Part shown: piece by piece, positions 40,326 to 50,362 of the stretch
How the letters are laid out: each line of letters begins with the position of its first letter
How positions within the stretch are numbered: the stretch's first letter is position 1
Assembly (NCBI GenBank): GCA_016710965.1
Contig: JADJTW010000011.1
Location: forward strand, 27,040 to 91,039
DNA length: 64,000 nt
Direction of reading: 5' to 3'
DNA from: Flavobacteriales bacterium
GTDB lineage: Bacteria > Bacteroidota > Bacteroidia > Flavobacteriales_F > PHOS-HE28
The notes under the pieces: generated by a model
What the model was told of the DNA's origin: nothing
The model's database searches: none
The model's input: the letters and a program-made list of their open reading frames with translations, nothing else
Program-made: the position numbers and the translations under genes

Positions 40326-43300
40326 TCAGGGGCGCACCACCACGCGTTCCATCACCACTTCGCCATCCGTCTCGATGCGCACGGTGCAGACACCGCCGGA
40401 TATTCCTTCGAATGAGATATGCCGCTGCTCATCCTGGATGTACCGCGTGCGATAGGGGATGAGCTGGCCCAGCGCATCGTAAACATCAACACGTGCGTTG
40501 GCGGGCGCCTCGATCCACAGCGAACCATCGGTGGGGTTGGGATAGCACCTTGCCCGTGCATGCTTCCACACGGTGCTTACAACGCGACTGTGCTCGGCGG
40601 TGCCATCATTGTCCACCATGAAAAGCCGGTAGTAGTTGGTGCCCTTCACCGGTGCGCGGTCGAGGAAGGCGTAAGAGGTCGTAGTGAAGGATTGTCCCTG
40701 TGCGGGCAATGTGCCGATCCGGGTCCAGTTCATGGCATCGGCACTGCGCTCAACCTCGAAGCGTTCGCTGTTGATCTCCGATCCCGTGGTCCACTGGACA
40801 CTGATTCCTTCGTTCTGGGCAAGGGCGCCGAGGTCCATCAGCTCAACAGGCAGGCTGCTATTGCCGAAGATCTGCACGTTGTCCATGTAGAAGAAATTGC
40901 CGTAGGCGTTGATCGCCACGAAGCGGACCTGGACCGTCTGCCCGTTGTAGGCAGCGATGCTGATGGTGTTCGTTTGCCACTGCGAGCAATTCGTTGGCGC
41001 CCAGGCAGCGGTGGTTGCAGCCGTGGTAGCCAGTGCTGTTCCAGCTGCGTAGTAGAGCTGGGTCCAGCTGGCGCCGCAGTCGTTGCTGATGTCCACGCGG
41101 AAGGCATCATAGTAACCAGGACCGTAGGGTGCGAAGGCGCGATCGAAGCGAAGCGTTGAAGCGGTGAAGCCGGAGAGGTTGATGCGCGGCGTAACAAGGC
41201 GATCCTCCTGTCCAACGCCGTTGTAATTGTAATGGTCCATGCTCCACACGCGCGAGCTGCCGCAGTTGATGCCGTTGGTGATCACGGGCGCGGTCCAGGT
41301 GGTAAGACCATCGGGGTTTTCGAGCCGCCAGCCTGTTGGCGCAGGCACGGTGTTCACCGTGAGCCCTTCGGTGAATGGCGCTACCACAGGCGTGGTGTTG
41401 TTCACCGTCACGCTGCTCGTCGCTTGGTCGTTGCCTGCGAAGGAATCGCCAGCGAGCAATGTGCTCACGGTGACGGTGTGCGCGCCCGTGGTGCCGATCA
41501 CCAGCGGTGTCGCGAACGTGAAGTTGGAGCTTGCCCCGGCCGCGAGCGTGCCGGTGTACGTCTCGGCCACCCATGCGCCGGCATCGAGGCGGTACCGCAC
41601 CGGGAAGTTGCTCTGCGCGGCCGAGCCGAAGTTGCGAACCGTGGCTGTCACCAGCGTGCTGCCACCCGTGCAGTCGATGGTAGCCGAGCCCGCAGGCACC
41701 AGCACCATGGAGACTCCCACGTTGTTAGGTGCGGGAGTGTCGTACGCTTCGACCTGATCGGTGCGGCTTGCAGCGCTGCCCTGGCTGGTGCTTACGCCGA
41801 GCCCACGCCGAGCGAAGGCGTTCCACAAAGTGGTTTGATGCACCCCGCCATACAGCGCAGCATCGGCGTTCAGGATCGCGTTGCGCGCATCCACGAAGCC
41901 GGGGTTGCAGGGGGTGAGCTTCATGCCCTCGATCACCAATCGCATGGCGATGTTGTTGCCGCCGGTGCCCGTGTAGAAGTTGGGATCGAAGCCGTGGGCG
42001 TTGATCAGCTCCCAGCTCATCTCCCACAGGATGGTACACCACACGAAGCCGATGCCGTGCGGCACTGCGATGGTGGCTGTATTGTTGGTTGCACCGTAGG
42101 TGTAGGCGTTCTGCGCGAAGGAGGTGCTATACGGCGCAGGGCGAATTCCGGTGCCGGTGACAGCTTGCCCGATGACGTAGGTGCCGACTCCCCTGCGGTC
42201 AGTGCCCTGATCGCCGGGCTCGATCGTCATCATCAATCCGATCCAGTCGCTCCAGCCTTCACCCATCTGCTCGGCATTGGCCAGACAGTTCGTGTTGGCC
42301 GGGCCCCCCACTAGGCGATTGCTTATGCCGTGGCCGTATTCGTGCGCGATGATGCAGTTGTCCAGGTCGCCATCGCGGTTGGGTGTGGTGTAGTTCCACA
42401 CGTACATCTGCATGCGCGGCGAGGTGCCTTCTGCTGGTGTGGCGAAGTTGGCATTGTTGGTGCCGCCGCCGTCCTGTGCATCGGCGAACACGAAGTCGTT
42501 GCCTGTGCCGCCACGGCCGTAGTTGTTCTGCTGGAAGTTGCCGCTGGGGTCATCGAAGCCGTACTGGTACCACACATCGTGGATGATGTTGTTCCAGTAG
42601 TAAAGGTTGGTGATGGCGGCGTTCTGGTAGGTGGCCGGTGCGTTCGCCAGATTGATGGCGTAATCGAAGTCGAGCGTAGCGCTGACTGGTGATGCACCGG
42701 TGCCGTTGTTGTTGTTCGCGTCCTCCTGTGCCCAGCAGTTGTTGCCGCGGGTGGTGGTGTACTCCGGTCCGGCAGCGCCGTTGGTGTCATTCCAACCGTA
42801 GAGGGAGGCGATGCCGCCGTTGGTCCAGGGCGCATTGCGGAGCGCTCGTGCGCCGTGGTTCGGACTTTCCACGGGCATCGGATACACGTTGAGGTCGTTG
42901 GGTGCCGCTGGCATGGGCATCTCCTCCGGCGCGGCATGCGTATGCGCGGCGCAGGCTTCCTCATCGAAGTTGCACTGGCTTACCCAATCGTTACGCCCCA
43001 GCTCATCGCCGGTCATCGCATCGATGCGCACGTTCCACCAATGCGACCCATCGGGCGTGTAGTGGTTCACGTTCCACGCCAGCCGCAGGGCCTCGCCGAC
43101 GCCCACCCAGTACAATTTCACTTCGATGGGGTGATCCCCGAAGGCACTGCCGTCGAATCGCACAAGGCGTCCTTGGTCTTCGCTTCCGATCGGTGAGGGC
43201 AGCGAACTGCCGGGCATGGTCAGTGCGAGCGCCGCGCCCAGCGCCTGTTGTGCGCTTAGGCCAGGAGATGCGTTCAGCGCGCGCCGTGCCAGTTGCATCT

Positions 43301-43604
43301 CCGCCGCCTGGTTGAAGGCGATCAAGCCGCCGTTCGCTCCGAAGTGGAGAGCGACATCGCCATTCCACACTTCGATGCCCTGCCAGCGCTGGCGAAACAC
43401 CACGTGCCGCAAACCGCCGCTCGTGTAATCGTCCTTCACAGCAAGGTCCAGGATGTCCGCTTCATTGAAGCCTGCCCGGGTCAATTCCTGTCGGGCAACG
43501 GTGTGGGCATCGATGCCGCGGTTGGCCACCGTGCCGCTTTGGGCATACAAGCCACCCAGGCAAATTCCGAAAGCGACAGCGGAAGGGAGTATCCGTAGGA
43601 GCAT
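40326..43604 (-). CDS. M36 (fungalysin) metallopeptidase with T9SS C-terminal domain
   Basis: IAHEYGHGISNRLVGGPANTNCLANAEQMGEGWSD (M36 HExxH region); signal peptide at MLLRILPSAVAF; C-terminal sorting domain. Confidence 0.85.
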   Translation of the reverse strand: MLLRILPSAVAFGICLGGLYAQSGTVANRGIDAHTVARQELTRAGFNEADILDLAVKDDYTSGGLRHVVFRQRWQGIEVWNGDVALHFGANGGLIAFNQAAEMQLARRALNASPGLSAQQALGAALALTMPGSSLPSPIGSEDQGRLVRFDGSAFGDHPIEVKLYWVGVGEALRLAWNVNHYTPDGSHWWNVRIDAMTGDELGRNDWVSQCNFDEEACAAHTHAAPEEMPMPAAPNDLNVYPMPVESPNHGARALRNAPWTNGGIASLYGWNDTNGAAGPEYTTTRGNNCWAQEDANNNNGTGASPVSATLDFDYAINLANAPATYQNAAITNLYYWNNIIHDVWYQYGFDDPSGNFQQNNYGRGGTGNDFVFADAQDGGGTNNANFATPAEGTSPRMQMYVWNYTTPNRDGDLDNCIIAHEYGHGISNRLVGGPANTNCLANAEQMGEGWSDWIGLMMTIEPGDQGTDRRGVGTYVIGQAVTGTGIRPAPYSTSFAQNAYTYGATNNTATIAVPHGIGFVWCTILWEMSWELINAHGFDPNFYTGTGGNNIAMRLVIEGMKLTPCNPGFVDARNAILNADAALYGGVHQTTLWNAFARRGLGVSTSQGSAASRTDQVEAYDTPAPNNVGVSMVLVPAGSATIDCTGGSTLVTATVRNFGSAAQSNFPVRYRLDAGAWVAETYTGTLAAGASSNFTFATPLVIGTTGAHTVTVSTLLAGDSFAGNDQATSSVTVNNTTPVVAPFTEGLTVNTVPAPTGWRLENPDGLTTWTAPVITNGINCGSSRVWSMDHYNYNGVGQEDRLVTPRINLSGFTASTLRFDRAFAPYGPGYYDAFRVDISNDCGASWTQLYYAAGTALATTAATTAAWAPTNCSQWQTNTISIAAYNGQTVQVRFVAINAYGNFFYMDNVQIFGNSSLPVELMDLGALAQNEGISVQWTTGSEINSERFEVERSADAMNWTRIGTLPAQGQSFTTTSYAFLDRAPVKGTNYYRLFMVDNDGTAEHSRVVSTVWKHARARCYPNPTDGSLWIEAPANARVDVYDALGQLIPYRTRYIQDEQRHISFEGISGGVCTVRIETDGEVVMERVVVRP

Positions 43605-43720
43605 GAACCGCGAAAGGACGGCCGAAAGTACCTCGTTCCGGCTCCGAAAACAACTGGGACGACCGACGGTGGACGCCTGTCGCTCAAGGGCTTGAGCACG
43701 CCCACGGATGGTTATGGCCC

Positions 43721-44083
43721 TCAAGAGCGGCCCCTCGCCGCCTCCACCATCGCCTTGGTCACCTTCGGCGCGTTGCCGATGAAGATCTCCTTGCCGATGA
43801 TCGTCACAGGGCGCTTCAGGAAGGTGTATTCCTGTAGGATGTACTTACGGTAGTCCTTCTCGATCAGCGTCATCTTGCCCAGGCCGAGCGCGCGGTACTT
43901 CAGCGCGATGCGGCTGAAGAGCGCTTCGTAGCTCCCAGCGAGCCGCTTCATGTCGTCGAGTTCCTTCGCCGTGATGGGATCGCCCTTGATCTCGCGTAGC
44001 GTGAAGCTATTGAGGTTCGGGATCTCCTTCAGGATGCGCTCGCACGTGGTGCATGTGCCGAGGTAGTAGATGATGCGGGACAT
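43721..44083 (-). CDS. ArsC/Spx-family thioredoxin-fold protein
   Basis: 120 aa; CTTC redox motif near the N-terminus. Confidence 0.65.
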   Translation of the reverse strand: MSRIIYYLGTCTTCERILKEIPNLNSFTLREIKGDPITAKELDDMKRLAGSYEALFSRIALKYRALGLGKMTLIEKDYRKYILQEYTFLKRPVTIIGKEIFIGNAPKVTKAMVEAARGRS

Positions 44084-44087
44084 GATC

Positions 44088-45545
44088 TCAGAACTCCGCG
44101 CTCTTCGGTGTTCTTGGGAAGGGGATCACATCGCGGATGTTCGACATTCCGGTGACGAACAACACGAAGCGCTCCAGACCAAGCCCGAAGCCCGCATGCG
44201 GCACCGTGCCGAACTTCCGCGTGTCGAGGTACCACCAGAGTTCTTCGGCGGGCACGTTCATGTCCTTCATGCGCGCTTCCAATACATCGAGGCGTTCCTC
44301 GCGCTGGCTGCCACCGATGATCTCGCCGATGCCGGGGAAGAGCACATCCATCGCGGCAACGGTCTTGCCCTTCTCGCTGTAACCGAAATCGCCGGGCGCG
44401 TTGGTGCGCATATAGAAGGCCTTGATCTGCGCGGGATAGCCCGTAACGATCACCGGCTTCTTGAAATGCTTTTCCACCAAGTAGCGCTCGTGCTCGCTCT
44501 GCAGATCGATTCCCCATTCCACTGGGAACTGGAACTGCTTCTTCTGGTAGGGCTTGCTCCGCAGAAGGATGTTTATCGCATCGTCATAGGTGATGCGCTC
44601 GAAAGGGTTCTCCAGCACGAACTTCAAGCGATCGATGAGGCCCATTTCGCTGCGCTGCGCCTGTGGCTTGGTCGCTTCCTCTTCCTTCAAGCGCGCATCG
44701 AGGAACTGCAGATCATCCATGCTGTTCTTCAGCACGCGGGCGATCAAGTGCTTGCACAAACCTTCTGCGAGGTCCATGTCGCCCTTCAGGTCCATGAAGG
44801 CGGCCTCGGGCTCGATCATCCAGAACTCGGCGAGGTGGCGCGCGGTGTTGCTGTTCTCGGCGCGGAAGGTGGGGCCGAAGGTGTAGACCTTGCCTAACGC
44901 GAGTGCCGCCAACTCTGCTTGCAATTGTCCGCTTACTGTGAGGCGGGATTCTCGTCCGAAGAAGTCCTCCTTGAAGTCCACGCTGCCATCCTCCGTGAGC
45001 GGAGGGTTCTTGGCATCGAGGACGCTCACGCGGAACATTTCGCCCGCACCCTCTGCATCGCTCGCGGTGATGATCGGTGCGTGGAAGTAGTTGTAGCCCT
45101 GTTGGTCGAAATACTCGTGTATGCCGAAGCTCACTTGGTGGCGGATCCGGAAGATGGCGCTGTAGGTGTTGGTGCGGAAGCGCAGGTGCGCGTTCTCGCG
45201 CAGGAATTCCAACGAGTGCTTCTTGGGCTGTATCGGGTAGGCCGCAGCATCGCTGTCGCCGAGGATTTCAATGGCGGCCACCTTCATCTCCACATGCTGG
45301 CCGCTGCCCTGGGAGGGAACGAGCTCGCCGGTACACCTCACCGCAGCGCTCGTGGTGAAGCGCGCGCGAATCTCCGGCCCGACCTTCTCCTGATCGACCA
45401 CGCACTGCAGATTGCGGATCGTGCTTCCGTCGTTGAGGGCGATGAAACGGTCGTTGCGGAAGGTGCGCACCCAACCCGCCACGGTAGTGGCGGTGCCGGG
45501 GGGGATTTCGCTGTCCAGCGCTGATTTGATCGAGGTGGGTTCCAT
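44088..45545 (-). CDS. asnS: Asparagine--tRNA ligase
   Basis: FGPTFRAENSNTARHLAEFWMIEPE class-II motif 2, GSQREERLDVL, and a C-terminal IPFPRTP; aligns along its length with E. coli AsnS. Confidence 0.9.
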   Translation of the reverse strand: MEPTSIKSALDSEIPPGTATTVAGWVRTFRNDRFIALNDGSTIRNLQCVVDQEKVGPEIRARFTTSAAVRCTGELVPSQGSGQHVEMKVAAIEILGDSDAAAYPIQPKKHSLEFLRENAHLRFRTNTYSAIFRIRHQVSFGIHEYFDQQGYNYFHAPIITASDAEGAGEMFRVSVLDAKNPPLTEDGSVDFKEDFFGRESRLTVSGQLQAELAALALGKVYTFGPTFRAENSNTARHLAEFWMIEPEAAFMDLKGDMDLAEGLCKHLIARVLKNSMDDLQFLDARLKEEEATKPQAQRSEMGLIDRLKFVLENPFERITYDDAINILLRSKPYQKKQFQFPVEWGIDLQSEHERYLVEKHFKKPVIVTGYPAQIKAFYMRTNAPGDFGYSEKGKTVAAMDVLFPGIGEIIGGSQREERLDVLEARMKDMNVPAEELWWYLDTRKFGTVPHAGFGLGLERFVLFVTGMSNIRDVIPFPRTPKSAEF

Positions 45546-45764
45546 GGCTGAGGCGGGCAAAGATGAACACGGCGCTGTCGATGACGGCGAAGCCAAGGGC
45601 CCCGATGGCGTGCCGAACGACATTGAGCCCCTGCCGCCCTCGGTCGATGGCAGGCCCGGCTTGGTCTAATAGACATCGGCCCGGCGCACATCTCCCTTAT
45701 AGTTGCCGATGTGTTCACCACACCCATCCATCAAGTGCAGCGCCGCACGTTCGGCGTGCGTACC

Positions 45765-46509
45765 ATGCCAGCGAGCATCCTGATCGTCGAGGACGAGAAC
45801 ATCGTGCGCAAGGACATCGAGCAGACCGTGCGGACCCTCGGCTACACCGTGGTGGGCTCGGCCAATACGGGAAACGAAGCCGTTGAGCTGGCCAGTGAAC
45901 TGCGCCCCGACCTGGTCCTGATGGACATCATGCTCAAAGGCGAGATGAGCGGGATCGAAGCAGCCATGCTGATCCGCGATCGCGTAGGCAAGCCGGTGAT
46001 CTTCCTTACCGCCTATGCCGATGACGACACCGTGAGCCGCGCGCATCGCCGAGCCCTATGGTTACATCCTCAAGCCCTTCAAGGCTGTTGATATGCACAC
46101 CACCATCGAAATGGCGCTGTACAAGCACGCCCACGATGTGGACCTGATCAAGGAGCGCGACCAATTGTACCAGCTGGCCACCAAGGGCACTGCCGACCCG
46201 ATCTTCCTCAAGAACAGCGGCAAGCTCATCCGCCTGAAGCTGGAGGAGATCTACTACATCGCCGCCCTCAAGGATTACATGGGCATTCACGTGCATGATA
46301 AGCGGTACATCATCCACGGCACGCTCAAGAACATCGAATCCCGCCTGCCCGCCCACGATTTCATGCGCGTGCATCGCAGCTTCATTGTCCGCTTGGATCG
46401 CATTGCCGCTGTCGATCCTCCACAGATCATCCTGGAGAACGACAAGGGCTCCATCCCCATCGGCGAATCCTATCAGAGCAAGTTGCTCGAGCGCCTCAAT
46501 CCGCGGTAG
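45765..46509 (+). CDS. LytTR-family response regulator; frameshift near 46038-46044
   Basis: The receiver domain (ORF 45711..46091) and the LytTR domain (ORF 46093..46509) are in different frames. Removing one g from cgcgcGcat restores ...SRAIAEPYGYILKPFKAVD.... Confidence 0.75.
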
Positions 46510-46543
46510 GCGGGCAAACACCTCCTGCGCATACCTTCAGGGC

Positions 46544-46969
46544 GTGGGAACCACCGGCCTCTTCGAGCACGACGCACCCTACGTGAACATCGTAGCCGAC
46601 CCTGCGCGAGGCATCATCGTTGTCCGCTGGAAGAACTACGCGCCAAGCGGCACCTACCGCGCCACGCTCAACATGGCGGTGGACCTCATCGATCAGCATG
46701 GGCTGAAGTACTTCCTCACGGATCAACGGCGCCGGGGCGCCATCCTGCACGACGACGAGGTGTGGCTGGCCACCGACTGGTCGCCGCGCATGGCCCGCAC
46801 CGGCCTGCAGCGCGCAGCCATCGTGCAAAGCGCCGACTTCTTCAATCAAAGCGTGATCGACCGGGTGGTCCGAACGGTGCTCCCGGTGATCCCCTTCCCG
46901 ATCAAGTATTTCGCAACGCTCGAAGAGGCCGAAGAATGGCTTCAAAGCCCGAGCGAGGCCACCCGCTGA
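46544..46969 (+). CDS. Hypothetical protein, possible GTG start
   Basis: Coherent amino-acid sequence from VGTTGLFEHDAPY... to the stop; no assignable domain. Confidence 0.3.
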   Translation: MGTTGLFEHDAPYVNIVADPARGIIVVRWKNYAPSGTYRATLNMAVDLIDQHGLKYFLTDQRRRGAILHDDEVWLATDWSPRMARTGLQRAAIVQSADFFNQSVIDRVVRTVLPVIPFPIKYFATLEEAEEWLQSPSEATR

Positions 46970-46987
46970 CCACGGCCTGCTGCCACT

Positions 46988-47015
46988 GGAAACATTTTTC
47001 AGGTAAAACGTTTCC
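46988..47015. promoter_or_regulatory. Putative TetR operator palindrome
   Basis: GGAAACATTTT-tcaggt-AAAACGTTTCC, 60 bp upstream of the TetR gene. Confidence 0.45.
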
Positions 47016-47074
47016 GGTGTATCCCGCTGCATTACGTTTGCGCCCCCCAAGCGGAAACGCAGGGGAGTCGAACG

Positions 47075-47746
47075 ATGGCCAACGAGAAGATCACTGCAGC
47101 CGACCAGGCCGGAGCGGAGCCAGGCGACGAGCGCTTGCATCGGATCCTTGATGAATCCGCCAGGATCTTCTGGAAGCTAGGCATCAAGAGCGTGACCATG
47201 GACGATGTGGCCACCAGGCTGGGCATCTCCAAGAAGACCTTGTACCAGCATGTGACCGACAAGAACGATCTCGTCGACCGTGTGTTGAAGCACTTGAGCT
47301 TCTGCTACAAGTGCGATATCGATGCGGTGCGCGCTCGCGATAAGCAGAATGCCATCGACGAGCTCTATGCCATCACCACCACGGTGGCGGGCCAGCTGCA
47401 AGGCATCCATCCAAGCATCCACTTCGATCTGGAGAAGTACCACCCCGAGGCATTCCGCAACATGCTGGCCAATAAGCGGCGCGAGATCTTCGAGTGCAAC
47501 ACCCAGAACATGGCGCGCGGCATCAAGGAGGGCTTGTACCGCGAGGACCTCAACATCCCCATGATCGCAACGATCTACATCGCTCGTTTCGACATGGTCT
47601 TCGATGGCGCCCTGTTCCCGCCGGACCGTTTCAGCATGGCCGATCTGCACTGGGAGATCTTCCGCTACCACGTGCGCGGCATCGCCAGCAAGAAAGGGCT
47701 CGACTACCTGGAAAAGAAGATGACCAAAGAACGCGTACACGCATGA
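47075..47746 (+). CDS. TetR/AcrR-family transcriptional regulator
   Basis: N-terminal HTH (DDVATRLGISKKTLYQHV); 223 aa. Confidence 0.8.
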   Translation: MANEKITAADQAGAEPGDERLHRILDESARIFWKLGIKSVTMDDVATRLGISKKTLYQHVTDKNDLVDRVLKHLSFCYKCDIDAVRARDKQNAIDELYAITTTVAGQLQGIHPSIHFDLEKYHPEAFRNMLANKRREIFECNTQNMARGIKEGLYREDLNIPMIATIYIARFDMVFDGALFPPDRFSMADLHWEIFRYHVRGIASKKGLDYLEKKMTKERVHA

Positions 47747-49077
47747 GGAGCATAGCAAGCATACTGGGAGCAATAGCCGCGCTCATGCTCGGCGCCCAGG
47801 GTCCCGTGAGCATCAGCCTGCAGCAGGCGTTGGAAATGGCCGCACAGCAGAGCTACAGCGTGCGCGCCAGCGTACTGGAGACCGAGAAGGCCCGGCACCG
47901 TGTCAAGGAGATAACCGCCATCGGCTTGCCGCAGGTGAACGGCGAGGCCAGCATGAGCGATTTCATCGACGTGCCCACGAGCCTCGTGCCCAACTTCTTC
48001 ACGCCGCCGGGACCGGGCGTACCCGAGTACTTCGCCGCCAGCTTCGCCGTGCCGTGGAACGTCACCGGCGGCATCACCGTCACGCAATTGCTCTTCGACG
48101 GTAGCTACATCGTAGGCCTGCAAGCCACGCGCGGGCTGGAGGAGCAAAGCCGCCTTGACCTCGAGAAGGCCCGCGCCGATGCGCGCAATCAGGCGGCCAA
48201 GGCCTACTACGGCGTGCTGGCCGCAGAGGAGGGCGTTAGGCTGGTGAACGAGGGCATCCCCTTATTGGAGAAGAGCCTGCGCGAAGTGGAGGCCATGAAG
48301 GAGGCAGGCTTCCTGGAACAGACCGATGCGGACCGCATCAGCATACAACTGGAGCAGGCTCGCGCGCAGAAGCGGAGCTTCGAGCAGCAGGCCAGCGTTG
48401 CCCGCATGTTGCTGGCCCTCGCCCTGGGCGTGCCGCAAGGAACACCCATCACGCTCACCGACAAGCTCGAGGTGCTGCTCAACGATCCCATGGAGACCGC
48501 CTTGAGCGAGCAAGGCTTCGATGCCGGCTCGCACGTGGAGATCGCTTCGGCCAAGACGCTCTTGCGCCTGCAGGAGCTGAACGTGCGCAACGAGAAGATG
48601 AAGAATGCTCCGTCGCTCGGCGGCTACTTCCTTCACCAGCAGGTATGGAACGGCCCCGAGTTCGATCCCGGCGGCACCTATCGCTTCTATCCCACAACGC
48701 AGTGGGGCCTCAAGCTCAGCGTCCCCATCTTCGGCAGTGGCAGCCGTTACCACAAGGTGAAGCAGGCGCAGGCCGCCATGGACCAGGTGGAACTGAACCG
48801 CACCGCCACCGAGCAGCGCCTGCTGGCGCAGAGCGAACAAGCACGTACGGCTGCGCGCACCGCCTTCGATAACCTGCGCACCGCAGAGCGCAACATGGTG
48901 CTCGCCCGCAACATCTTCGACCGCACCACCACCAAGTTCGCCAGCGGCACCGCCGCCAGCTTCGAGCTCACGCAGGAGCAGGGCAACTACCTCCTGGCAC
49001 AGCAGACCTACGTGCAGAACCTGGTGCAACTGCTCATGGCCCGCGCCGATCTGCGCAAAGCCCTCGACCTCTACTGA
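47743..49077 (+). CDS. TolC-family outer-membrane efflux protein
   Basis: Signal peptide MRSIASILGAIAALMLGAQ; two OEP repeats; ATGA overlap with the TetR stop codon. Confidence 0.75.
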   Translation: MRSIASILGAIAALMLGAQGPVSISLQQALEMAAQQSYSVRASVLETEKARHRVKEITAIGLPQVNGEASMSDFIDVPTSLVPNFFTPPGPGVPEYFAASFAVPWNVTGGITVTQLLFDGSYIVGLQATRGLEEQSRLDLEKARADARNQAAKAYYGVLAAEEGVRLVNEGIPLLEKSLREVEAMKEAGFLEQTDADRISIQLEQARAQKRSFEQQASVARMLLALALGVPQGTPITLTDKLEVLLNDPMETALSEQGFDAGSHVEIASAKTLLRLQELNVRNEKMKNAPSLGGYFLHQQVWNGPEFDPGGTYRFYPTTQWGLKLSVPIFGSGSRYHKVKQAQAAMDQVELNRTATEQRLLAQSEQARTAARTAFDNLRTAERNMVLARNIFDRTTTKFASGTAASFELTQEQGNYLLAQQTYVQNLVQLLMARADLRKALDLY

Positions 49078-49096
49078 ACACCACTTACCGGAACAC

Positions 49097-50254
49097 GTGA
49101 TGAAGAACACGATCATATCGATCACCGCTACTGCACTGCTTGCTGCGTGCGGAGCCAGCGCACCCACCGACGACCTCGGGAAGAAGCGCGTTCAACTGGA
49201 CAGCCTGAAGACCCTCTATAAGGAGATCGGCGAGCAGATCAAGGCCGCCGACACCTGGATCGCCGAGCACGACACCACCGTGAAGAAGAACCTGCCCAGC
49301 GTGACTACGCTCGTCCTGCAGCCTTCCACCTTCGAGCATTTCGTTGAGGTGCATGGCAACGTGAAGGCCGATAAGAGCGCCGACCTCTTCACCATGGGCG
49401 GTCGTGTGCGCCGGATACTTGTGGGCGAGGGAGATCAAGTGAGCAAGGGGCAGTTGCTGGTGGAATTGGATAATGACGCCATCGCTCGCCAGTTGGATGC
49501 AGCCGAAGCCGGTGCGAGGCTCGCCAAGGATGTGTTCGAGAGGCAGTCCGCCTTGTGGCAGCAGAAGATCGGCAGCGAGATGCAATACCTGCAGGCCAAG
49601 GCGCAGCACGACCAGGCCGAAGCCAGCGTGGCTGCCGTGCGCGAGCAGTGGCGGTTGAGCAACGTCACCGCTCCCTTCTCCGGAGTCATCGATGATATCA
49701 TGGTCACCGTGGGCGACATGACCAGCCCCATGGCACCGGTAGCTCGCGTAGTGGACCCCACCGGTGCCAGCCTGGAGGCCGATGTGCCCGAGAGCTACCT
49801 GCAACGCGTGAAGAAGGACGACCCTGTCCTCGTGGTCTTCCCCAGTACCGGCGATTCCCTGCGCGCCAGGCTGGGCAACGTGAGCCGCTACATCAACCCG
49901 GCCAACCGCACCTTCAGGGTAAGCGTGCGCATGCCTGACGGCGGGAACATGGTGCGCCCCAATCTGCTCAGCGTGATCCATGTGCGAGACCTCGTGATGG
50001 ACAGCGCGCTGGTGGTGCCCAGCCGTACGATCCAAGAGGATGTCAACGGCAACAACTACGTCTTCATCCTGGAGGACAAGGACGGAAAGCACCGCACGCG
50101 CAAGGTGATGGTGAAGCGCATGGCCGACTACAAGCAGAACACCATGATCGGCGTGGTGGAAGGCGCTGCTGCGCAATTGTTCGGCACCACCATCGTGGAC
50201 CAAGGCGCCAAGAGCGTGGGCGACGGGCAGGAAGTGAAGTTGACGAACCTCTGA
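49097..50254 (+). CDS. Efflux RND transporter periplasmic adaptor (HlyD/MFP) lipoprotein
   Basis: Lipobox LLAACGAS; coiled-coil hairpin and beta-barrel adaptor segments. Confidence 0.8.
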   Translation: MMKNTIISITATALLAACGASAPTDDLGKKRVQLDSLKTLYKEIGEQIKAADTWIAEHDTTVKKNLPSVTTLVLQPSTFEHFVEVHGNVKADKSADLFTMGGRVRRILVGEGDQVSKGQLLVELDNDAIARQLDAAEAGARLAKDVFERQSALWQQKIGSEMQYLQAKAQHDQAEASVAAVREQWRLSNVTAPFSGVIDDIMVTVGDMTSPMAPVARVVDPTGASLEADVPESYLQRVKKDDPVLVVFPSTGDSLRARLGNVSRYINPANRTFRVSVRMPDGGNMVRPNLLSVIHVRDLVMDSALVVPSRTIQEDVNGNNYVFILEDKDGKHRTRKVMVKRMADYKQNTMIGVVEGAAAQLFGTTIVDQGAKSVGDGQEVKLTNL

Positions 50255-50362
50255 GTTCGTTCACCACAGAGACACAGAGGCACAGAGAGATCCAAATGCA
50301 GAAGCACGACCACCTGATGACGCTACGACAACAAGTCACGTTCTCCGTGTCTCCGTGCCTCT

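Noticed and set aside
47711-47725. tcgactacctggaaa inside the TetR gene, matching 15 nt of palindrome site 3
   Set aside because: It is a half-site only, with no CAGGTA arm. It encodes LDYLEK, and a chance 15-mer match is expected at about this frequency in 64 kb.
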